DNA from: a virus
Taxonomy: Duplodnaviria; Caudoviricetes
Virus record (IMG/VR): IMGVR_UViG_3300027835_000015
Coordinates: 1 to 33,310 of that record
Direction: 5' to 3' (one strand)
Length of the DNA stretch: 33,310 bases
In this document: positions 27,501 to 33,310 of the stretch, piece by piece
Layout of the letters: each line of letters begins with the position of its first letter
Numbering within the stretch: position 1 is the stretch's first letter
Program-made: the position numbers and the translations under genes
The notes under the pieces: generated by a model
The model's input: the letters and a program-made list of their open reading frames with translations, nothing else
Databases searched by the model: none
What the model was told of the DNA's origin: nothing

Positions 27501-29644
27501 CACCTACCAATCCAGCACCATCCGCGCCATCAGGATTAGGAGCTGATATTTTCTTTAACATCGCTCAAATTTATTGGAATGACGTTTCAGATATTGACAT
27601 CAAAGGTTATGAGGTCTGGGCATCGGAGACCAATGCATGGGCAGGCGAGGAAGTTCTAGTCGGTAAAACATCCGGCCGTGCATTTCAATTGCAAGGTAGA
27701 AAACCCAGACAAGGAATGGCTGATAGCGCCACGTCAACGACGATCACAGATGATGCTCTTATCGGGATTGCTGATAATTATTTTAATGGCGACATTATCG
27801 AAATTGTTGCAGGAACTGGCGTAGGTCAACAAAGAACAGTTTCTGCTTTTAATGGAAGTACAGGACAAGTGACTATTTCATCGGCGTGGACAACTCAACC
27901 AGATACTACGTCGAGGTTTATTATTTATGACCGCAAGTACATTAAGGTGCGCGGATATGATTTTTATGGACAGGGGAATTTCAGCTCGGCGTTAACGATC
28001 ACTTATGAGGATTTAGATGCAGATTCAATCGGAGTCACAAGTATTACACCGGAAAAAATTCTTACTCCATGTCTTTCCGCATTATCGGCAAATATGGGTT
28101 GCCTCACGGCCGGGGTTATTCAAGGTGGCTGTTTTCAGACGGGATCAGGAGGCGCCCGCACACTTTTAGATAGTTACGGGATTCGATCTTACGATTCCAA
28201 TTGCTGTATGTTGTTTTCCGTATGCAATGGTGATTTTCAGTTATCAACTGCTTTAACCGGCGCAAGGATTCAGTTTAATGGCGGCGGCATATTGGGCTAT
28301 GACGGATCCGGTAACAAGACCCTTGAAATTAAAAATGGTTGCTTCTGGGGACAACAGTTGAAATTGGAAGACCCTGCTTGTTGTTGTAATTATTCTTTCC
28401 TTGATTCTGGAAGATTGAAATTCCATGACGTTTACGGCGACGTTCCATACATAACAAGGATTTGTCACGGCGTTTCAGCGACGGGTGCGTTGGTCTGTCT
28501 ACCGGGATGGAAGACAGAGCCAAAAATTATCGTTAGCATTAAAGATCTTCAATCATACAGTGCCGCTTCTCCATCATCTTGCCAGCGTTGGTCAGTTTAT
28601 AACGATACGCCGGTTTGCTACTGCAATTCATCAATCGATTATGGCTATTGTTTTCAAGTCCATGCTTGCCTACAAACAACAGGGAGCGTCGGGAGCGAAT
28701 GCACAAAGGATGTGGCTTTTGGTACTGCTGTTTGTACAGGGGCAAATGCATGCAGTGTATGTGTTCGGCATCGTTTTCAATTATGGTGCAACGCGGCATG
28801 CGCGAATTATTATTACAGCCTTATTTGTTATGCCATCTGTTATCGAGTGTTGGGTTGCGGAGTGTGGTGTGCCTGTTGTTTCAATTATACTCAGGCGCAT
28901 TCCAATCTTACCGAAATGCAAACAACTCAGAGTAAGTGCGACACATTAGCTTTCCCATGTGGTTCGACTTGGGAATTGATGACATGTCAGGTCAGCTTAA
29001 GTTGGTTTGATAGCGGAATAAATTCTGGTTCTACATCAACAGTCTGTTGTCTCTGCACAATCACAATAGGAACATGCAATTTTAATCACGCGGCGACATG
29101 TCCGTCGAGCACTTGCGATATAACTTGCAATTGGACGGATAGCGTTAGTTTTACAGGGCTTCCTTCAAATGTCTATTGCTCTATTTTGTATTGGACTTTT
29201 GGAGCCTCTTGCGTTTATGAATGCCGTGTTAATTCATGCGGAACGCAGAACAGATTTGAATGTTCTTGGTTAAACGATTGCAATTCTTCGTTCTCGATAT
29301 GCGTCGGTGATTGCCTTGGTGGCGCGGGAAGTAAATTGTGCTGTTGTGCATTGCCCGGAGGGCAGAGGTCTCATGCTTCTACCGTTGCAAGAAGTACGCT
29401 AGCTTTTGACACCCATGCGCAAGTTTATCGTCAGTGTGCGGCTTGTACCGTTGCGTTTTTTGGAGGAAACAATGTCAGCGTTACTGGAATTTGTCAGGCG
29501 ATATGTTACTGCGTTGTTTGTTGCTCGGGGACTGCAGGCTGTTGTGCGTATACAAATCTTTACACGATAACCGATACCTATGCAACATCCTGCGTGCTGG
29601 ACCCCGCAGGGTGTTTAAATTGGCTGGCTATTTCATACAACTAA
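24575..29644 (+). CDS. Tail tip/host-specificity protein (gpI-gpJ-like fusion) with Cys-rich C-terminal region
   Basis: gpI-like N-terminus with IPVVYGEHRVGGNVI, J-like core (ALCEGEIESI, VKGRKV, NPVWCLRDLLTNDRYGLG), FN3-like repeats, LSALSANMG motif, then ~61 Cys in the last ~524 aa. Confidence 0.92.
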   Translation: MIKVTYLRIILDERSFEHKDFDFDPSLSILDYIKKAEFDHEEHFVILSGKKVSDLNLKPDDGDQILIYPDVEWQALAFIGSAIWAAVLAHPFIAVATILAIGYSIYSAVTYKNPALPNFGTSGDGMDENSQTYNWDGIQTTQDVGTAIPVVYGEHRVGGNVINAYIQNDGDQNFLNLLLALCEGEIESISDVMINDQPAANFDGITVYSDRLGTNSDTIIPNFEDLFDNFTINQSLNAVSSSYTYTTAQTDVEAFEVQMSFPAGIYTQNQASGAIEAWNVSFKVEHKLHTDSTWINNGTIDVAVKQRTDIKRYFRKVGLTPGKYDIRVTRVSAASDFYHVGDMTFSYVVEIRTQDLSYPNIAKLGLRALGTNQLSGGMPNVTCLVKGRKVLVPRVMYSGVDVPYDDYYWDSVTSKWRKWDGTDLTWDGTTYVEKYSANPVWCLRDLLTNDRYGLGQYINTSFISTADWLLMARYCDEKVSDGDSGYEKRFRMDVVIDSSSRAVDILNQLVAVFRGILFFSENSFKLVIDKLDIPVQLFSMGNIVQGTFNQTFKPLKETANVIQVQFLDKEKDYKQETISVIDEVAIANGDPIRKKEIKIFCTRVSQALREGKYQLLVSKYINRSIEFRAGVDAIACQVGDLIAVSHDVTQWGYSGRVKAGGSGTSINLDRTVTIEVGKTYKIQVRLPNDQIEERTVTNSPGDTSTITVSSTFSQIPQDYNIYAFGESGKNVKNFRVMGIKRANDLECDITAIEYNANMYDTDTIVLPESNASSLSTDIQPVANLQITEGVVTLADGTIKNQIEVWFNKPDDSGRAFEYRFSTAKIYLSDDNQDSWKLIGQADGGYFIYEADLVKGKTYYVRVTTVAYNGMENNFASAPTDSITITAKDVGPDPVANFNYTWGDLLQLVWSPNDEPDLGGYEIRDNNVNWGTDDSHLIYRGAANKKTLQPTGRSMGTFYIRAYNTSGLYSASSNSITPTNPAPSAPSGLGADIFFNIAQIYWNDVSDIDIKGYEVWASETNAWAGEEVLVGKTSGRAFQLQGRKPRQGMADSATSTTITDDALIGIADNYFNGDIIEIVAGTGVGQQRTVSAFNGSTGQVTISSAWTTQPDTTSRFIIYDRKYIKVRGYDFYGQGNFSSALTITYEDLDADSIGVTSITPEKILTPCLSALSANMGCLTAGVIQGGCFQTGSGGARTLLDSYGIRSYDSNCCMLFSVCNGDFQLSTALTGARIQFNGGGILGYDGSGNKTLEIKNGCFWGQQLKLEDPACCCNYSFLDSGRLKFHDVYGDVPYITRICHGVSATGALVCLPGWKTEPKIIVSIKDLQSYSAASPSSCQRWSVYNDTPVCYCNSSIDYGYCFQVHACLQTTGSVGSECTKDVAFGTAVCTGANACSVCVRHRFQLWCNAACANYYYSLICYAICYRVLGCGVWCACCFNYTQAHSNLTEMQTTQSKCDTLAFPCGSTWELMTCQVSLSWFDSGINSGSTSTVCCLCTITIGTCNFNHAATCPSSTCDITCNWTDSVSFTGLPSNVYCSILYWTFGASCVYECRVNSCGTQNRFECSWLNDCNSSFSICVGDCLGGAGSKLCCCALPGGQRSHASTVARSTLAFDTHAQVYRQCAACTVAFFGGNNVSVTGICQAICYCVVCCSGTAGCCAYTNLYTITDTYATSCVLDPAGCLNWLAISYN

Positions 29645-29661
29645 ATAAGGAGAAAAATGTC

Positions 29662-30645
29662 ATGATCGACAAGAACTTAATCCGAGATGAAAAAATTAAA
29701 AACATAATTTTTGTCAGTGAAGGTGGGATCGGTAAAGTGATCGCTTCGACAGCGATCGTTAAAAGAATAAAAGAGGAGTTTCCATCGAAGAGGTTAATCG
29801 TCGTAACTGGCTATCCGGATATCTTTCTCCACAATCCGCATGTTTATCGTGTATTTCGTTTCGATAATCCGCTTCATTTTTACGACGATTATGTCACGCC
29901 GGAAAGTTATGTAATAAAGATCGAGCCATACGTGGCCTATGAGTATTTATTCGATAATGAGCATTTGATTGATATATGGTGCAAAGAAATCGGGATCGAT
30001 CGTAATGGTTCGATGCCGGAAATGTTTTACCCTGAGAATGAAATTGAAGCCGGCCGGCTGTATGTCGAGAAAATAACGAATAAGTTTACAAAAGATTTTG
30101 TGTTGTTTCAGTGGGCGGGCGGCATCATTCCTCAAGAAAAAAGCGATACGGCATTTATGGATTCTCAATTACGAATGCATCGACGGTCATTGCCCAAAAA
30201 TGTCGCACAGAAGGTAGTTAATAAATTGATTTCGCGCGGGTTCGTGGTGGGCGTGGTTCAGCACGAGAATTATCCGGATCTGCAGGGAGAAGGAATTGTG
30301 CGAATTAATTTTCCATTAAGGCAGAGCATTGTCTTGCTTAAATTTTCTAAAGGATTTATTGGAATTGATAGTTTTTTACATCATGCGGCCGCGGTCTGGG
30401 AAATCAAAGGAGTTGTTTGTTGGGGAGGTACGCATCCAAAAAAACTCGGATATAACTTCCATATAAATATTGCGAAAGAAGTTTGTCCGCAGCCGTTTTG
30501 TCATCGTCCGGACAGTTATCTATTTGACATGAATTCAGCAAACGGAATTTGGAATTGTCCATATTCTCAAAAATGTTTGGATCATGATGCCGACGAAATT
30601 ATCCAAGAATACGAAAAGGTCGTTACCGATAATAAAGCTTTATAG
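29662..30645 (+). CDS. Glycosyltransferase family 9 (heptosyltransferase-like)
   Basis: EGGIGKVIASTAIVKRIKEEFP...DIFLHNPHV N-terminus, FIGIDSFLHHAAA...GVVCWGGT...GY nucleotide-sugar motif, C-terminal C-x4-C-x18-C-x5-C. Start at ATG 29662 after AAGGAG. Confidence 0.85.
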   Translation: MIDKNLIRDEKIKNIIFVSEGGIGKVIASTAIVKRIKEEFPSKRLIVVTGYPDIFLHNPHVYRVFRFDNPLHFYDDYVTPESYVIKIEPYVAYEYLFDNEHLIDIWCKEIGIDRNGSMPEMFYPENEIEAGRLYVEKITNKFTKDFVLFQWAGGIIPQEKSDTAFMDSQLRMHRRSLPKNVAQKVVNKLISRGFVVGVVQHENYPDLQGEGIVRINFPLRQSIVLLKFSKGFIGIDSFLHHAAAVWEIKGVVCWGGTHPKKLGYNFHINIAKEVCPQPFCHRPDSYLFDMNSANGIWNCPYSQKCLDHDADEIIQEYEKVVTDNKAL

Positions 30646-30661
30646 ATTCAGGGAAATTAAT

Positions 30662-30901
30662 ATGCCGCCAGAAGAAGAAATTCACTTAACTCTACGAGAG
30701 TTAGAAGAGATTAAAGACGATGTTGCATTTAAGGCAAAAACAACGTCAACCTTAAAGCATGTTTTAAGAAAGCTCGATTATATAAATGGGATCCGACACG
30801 ATGTTAACGGATTAAAAGTACATAGGAATGTTCATTGGTTTTTGATTTCGGTGATTATAGCGAGTTTATTGGGTTTAGCATTTACGTTAATCAAAGGATA
30901 A
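30662..30901 (+). CDS. Small coiled-coil protein with C-terminal TM helix (XhlA/holin-like)
   Basis: WFLISVIIASLLGLAFTLI TM segment; start at ATG 30662. Confidence 0.6.
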   Translation: MPPEEEIHLTLRELEEIKDDVAFKAKTTSTLKHVLRKLDYINGIRHDVNGLKVHRNVHWFLISVIIASLLGLAFTLIKG

Positions 30902-30903
30902 AT

Positions 30904-31290
30904 ATGCAAAGAAATGTGTCCATGTTCCGAGTTAAAACTTTATGGGCAAAAGATGAATGGTATGTTTTGAGCCGGAAGGGAGATCATCTTCAAGAATTTG
31001 GATCTGGATTCTTTGAGGTGTATTTCCCTCAATGCAGTAAAGACGAAGAGCATGAGTTTTTAATTTCGATTAAGAAAACCACCGAACAGGAAGCGAACCT
31101 GAGGTTTGAATGGAATTTGGAAAAATTACGGTGGGATTTGTTCGATCAAGCTACCGGCAAATTAATTAAAGGGATTTATCATTGCGACAAAATTCCATTG
31201 GTTTTTCCTAAAGCTGGAAGGGACAAACCAAATTATTATAAATTTTATTGTAAACATCTAAAAAAGGAGAGCAGAAATGAATCCACTTGA
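30904..31290 (+). CDS. Hypothetical protein
   Basis: ORF between two membrane-protein genes; start at ATG 30904 after AAGGA. Confidence 0.55.
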   Translation: MQRNVSMFRVKTLWAKDEWYVLSRKGDHLQEFGSGFFEVYFPQCSKDEEHEFLISIKKTTEQEANLRFEWNLEKLRWDLFDQATGKLIKGIYHCDKIPLVFPKAGRDKPNYYKFYCKHLKKESRNEST

Positions 31291-31495
31291 TTACATTAAT
31301 AATTTTGCACAGCAACATGCATGGATCGGACTCGCGATTGCAATTGTTATCGCAGTTCATACCGGTCTTAAAGCATTGCGTGATGCTATCGACACTACGC
31401 CGCAGACCGATGATAATTGGTTTGAGCGAACTGTCACGATCATGGGCAAAGTCACAAGTTATTTGGCCGGTTTCCGAGCTAAGAAAAACCCTTAG
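31277..31495 (+). CDS. Holin-like small membrane protein
   Basis: AAGGAG RBS; TM WIGLAIAIVIAV followed by TTPQTDDNWF; basic C-terminus. Confidence 0.6.
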   Translation: MNPLDYINNFAQQHAWIGLAIAIVIAVHTGLKALRDAIDTTPQTDDNWFERTVTIMGKVTSYLAGFRAKKNP

Positions 31496-31831
31496 ACGTC
31501 TTGCCACTTAAATATCGCCTGTTGGCACAGACGATTTTATTTTTGTGCGGGTTTAAAATTTACCGCCAGAGGTTCGGCGATGCGGGGTTTTGGTTGATCA
31601 CCAATAAACCTATGCCCAAAGAAATTCACGATGAGGATCTCGTGTTTGAAAATAAGAATGCCCAAAAAGGGCAAATCCGTAAAGCGAAATTGGTTTGTGA
31701 TGGTGAGGTCGGCCGGGTGAAATGTCGTTGGGCATTTGATGTTCAGCCAGATTAAATGCCTTGCCAAGAGATAGAATTTATGGCCTACTCACCCCAAAAA
31801 TTAAACAGGTATTTTTTAAAAGGGGGAAATA

Positions 31832-32071
31832 ATGGCTAAAAAGCAAAAGAAAAAACTGGAACAAAAAAAGATAATTAGTGTTCCCGAAACTCGGCAGTCT
31901 TTAATGTTAAAGGCTAAAGATCAGGGCATTAAAAATTTCCGTGTTCTTAACAAGGAAGAACTTGGAATGGTTTTAGCTGAAGGGGTATCGCAAGAGCAAA
32001 TTGATAATGTGGTGTCCGGGGCAGTCGCCAGATGGAAATCCGGATGGGGATCAAAAAAGGCTAAGTCATGA
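31832..32071 (+). CDS. Small basic hypothetical protein
   Basis: AGGGGG RBS; LMLKAKDQGIKNFRVLNKEEL resembles a Rho-N-like helical motif. Confidence 0.65.
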   Translation: MAKKQKKKLEQKKIISVPETRQSLMLKAKDQGIKNFRVLNKEELGMVLAEGVSQEQIDNVVSGAVARWKSGWGSKKAKS

Positions 32072-32385
32072 AAGTCAAGGCAACGATAGATATTAACATT
32101 TCAATGGGGGGCGTATCGCATGACGGCACTGGTTTGCAAGGCTATTTGCCGGAAGGAACTCGGTATGAGGATATTCTCCGAGTGTTTGGCGAGCCTCAGT
32201 TCGGTAAATCTCTAGACGGTAAAATTAAGACGGAGTGGGTCGGCAAAATCAATGGTCTTGTTTTTACGATTTATGATTATAAATCGTCAGTAGAACCAGA
32301 ACAAAATACAGATTGGCATATTGGTGGGAAGAAAAAATTTACAGCAGAATTGCTTAAGATTTTCTTTGTTAAAAATATTTGTTGA
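32068..32385 (+). CDS. Hypothetical phage protein
   Basis: Coupled by ATGA to the previous gene; FGEP...DGKIKTEW...FTIYDYK...WHIGG. Confidence 0.7.
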   Translation: MKVKATIDINISMGGVSHDGTGLQGYLPEGTRYEDILRVFGEPQFGKSLDGKIKTEWVGKINGLVFTIYDYKSSVEPEQNTDWHIGGKKKFTAELLKIFFVKNIC

Positions 32386-32410
32386 TTTTTTAGGTGTCCG
32401 GTAGTATGTT
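32382..32410 (+). promoter_or_regulatory. Putative sigma-70 promoter
   Basis: TTGATT-17 nt-TATGTT, ~22 nt upstream of the first RNA-motif copy. Confidence 0.5.
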
Positions 32411-32431
32411 ATAAAAGATATCAATTCGTAC

Positions 32432-32519
32432 AAGTCCCGCGTTGAAGGGGGAATTCCCGGACTCTAAAAAAGTAAAACCTTCGTTGGGTAATAATGCCCG
32501 GCGAGGGATTTTTTGTTTT
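32432..32519 (+). ncRNA. Unidentified structured leader motif with terminator, copy 1
   Basis: GTCC-CGCGTTGAAG-GGG(GAATT)CCC-GGAC, A-rich linker AAAAAAGTAAAA, 13-bp hairpin, T tract. Confidence 0.55.
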
Positions 32520-32531
32520 ATAGAGGTTTAT

Positions 32532-32639
32532 ATGTTTAAGAAATTGTTTGCAACCTTTGGTTTCTGTCCACATTGCGGTGAAGAATTAAATAACGAAGAC
32601 TATTCGTATTGCCCGCATTGCGGTGAATCATTGGATTAA
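32532..32639 (+). CDS. 35-aa zinc-ribbon microprotein
   Basis: GAGG RBS then MFKKLFATFGFCPHCGEELNNEDYSYCPHCGESLD with two CPHCG motifs. Confidence 0.65.
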   Translation: MFKKLFATFGFCPHCGEELNNEDYSYCPHCGESLD

Positions 32640-32641
32640 TA

Positions 32642-32728
32642 AAGTCCTGCGTTGAAGGGGTCACCTGGACGTTAAAAAAGTAAAACCTTCGTTAGGTGCA
32701 TAATGCCCTGACGAGGTTTTTTATTTTT
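32642..32728 (+). ncRNA. Unidentified structured leader motif with terminator, copy 2
   Basis: GTCC-TGCGTTGAAG-GGG(TCA)CCT-GGAC, AAAAAAGTAAAA, hairpin with compensatory changes relative to copy 1, T tract. Confidence 0.55.
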
Positions 32729-32755
32729 AATAATAATTTAAATAAGGGGGATGAG

Positions 32756-33310
32756 ATGGACAACGGAAAAACTTTTCAAAATTCACAGATTATTATTTTG
32801 GGTGTTTGTATTGCAGTGGCCACGATAGTAGCGAGTTTTATTTTGAGTCAAGGAGCTTTAAAAGTTATGAAATTTGCTCAACAGGTGATCAGCGTGACTG
32901 GATCGGCTCAAAAGACTATCAAAAGTGATTATATCGTTTGGAAAGGGACATTTACTCGACGAGACGTTGATTTACCCACGGTCTATAAAAAATTACAAGA
33001 AGATTTAGAGAAGGTCAAATCTTATCTTGCTTCGAAACAAGTCAGTCCGGGCGAAATTATCGTTTCTCAGATTACAACAACGACGATTTATAAGAAGAGT
33101 AAAGAAGGCAAAGATACAAATGATATCGAGGGTTATCAATTAAGCCAAGGCATCGAAATTCGATCTAATGATATTGATAAGATCGATGCTGTCTCAAGGC
33201 AGTCAACAGAATTGATTAATCAAGGGATCATATTTGAATCGGCGGCCCCAGATTATTTTTATACGAAGCTGGATGAGCTTAAAATAGAGATGCTCGCTAA
33301 AGCCACAGAA
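32756..33310 (+). CDS. SIMPL (DUF541) domain protein, truncated by the window end (not in ORF track)
   Basis: Hand translation MDNGKTFQNSQIIILGVCIAVATIVASFIL...ISVTGSAQKTIKSDYIVW...YFYTKLDELKIEMLAKATE; AAGGGGG RBS. Confidence 0.8.
   Translation, partial: MDNGKTFQNSQIIILGVCIAVATIVASFILSQGALKVMKFAQQVISVTGSAQKTIKSDYIVWKGTFTRRDVDLPTVYKKLQEDLEKVKSYLASKQVSPGEIIVSQITTTTIYKKSKEGKDTNDIEGYQLSQGIEIRSNDIDKIDAVSRQSTELINQGIIFESAAPDYFYTKLDELKIEMLAKATE

Larger units (their letters stand above)
73..32385. mobile_element. Lambda-like prophage adjacent to/integrated at tRNA-His (right boundary not determined)
   Basis: Integrase abutting a tRNA, then replication, packaging, head, tail and holin-like modules in lambdoid order. 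No attR copy found by eye, so the end coordinate is approximate. Confidence 0.9.

Noticed and set aside
28070-29644. Diversity-generating retroelement target as the cause of the odd tail-tip sequence
   Set aside because: No reverse transcriptase or template/variable repeat pair was seen in the window, and the Cys enrichment spans ~1.5 kb, much longer than a VR.
28070-29644. Frameshift or codon reassignment producing spurious Cys
   Set aside because: The frame keeps recognisable J motifs through the transition, both TGT and TGC are used, and most other genes have normal Cys use including catalytic and zinc-binding Cys.
29434-29661. N-terminal 76-aa extension of the glycosyltransferase in the ORF track
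   Set aside because: It overlaps the J gene; an RBS and ATG at 29662 give a proper GT9 start.
31501-31767. ORFs 31501..31755 (+) and 31537..31767 (-)
   Set aside because: No clear RBS or recognisable motif; coding status is unsupported.
32442-32531. N-terminal part of the 65-aa ORF in the track
   Set aside because: It runs through the RNA motif and terminator; the RBS supports ATG 32532.
32432-32728. CRISPR array, integron attC or preQ1/c-di-GMP riboswitch
   Set aside because: Only two long degenerate copies separated by an ORF; no RYYYAAC/GTTRRRY ends; the consensus nucleotides I recall for those riboswitches are not matched.
83-33310. Second copy of the tRNA 3' end (attR)
   Set aside because: Not found by eye; the boundary may lie beyond the window or the core may be too short to notice.

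Overview
This window is most of a lambda-like (siphovirus) prophage next to the 3' end of a tRNA-His gene. From left to right it holds: a large serine recombinase whose stop codon lies inside the tRNA; a divergent early operon with a sigma-70-like factor, small ORFs and a replication initiator carrying internal iterons, but no recognisable repressor; a ParB-MTase fusion; small and large terminase; a zinc-finger protein; a ~4.5 kb insert encoding two signal-peptide-bearing, fibre-like proteins and a duplicated Ig-like domain, one copy fused to a gpW-like adaptor; portal, protease/scaffold, cement and major capsid genes; and a full lambda-type tail module. The most striking feature is the C-terminal ~524 aa of the tail-tip protein, with ~61 Cys against ~7 in the first 1165 aa, and Cys often sitting where Ser/Thr would be expected. 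The next gene is a GT9 (heptosyltransferase-like) glycosyltransferase with Lys in place of the usual catalytic Asp. I infer a candidate phage system for S-glycosylating virion proteins. The right end has holin-like genes, no recognisable endolysin, and two copies of an unidentified structured RNA leader/terminator motif. No second att copy was seen. All product calls come from motif recognition by eye; no database searches were run.
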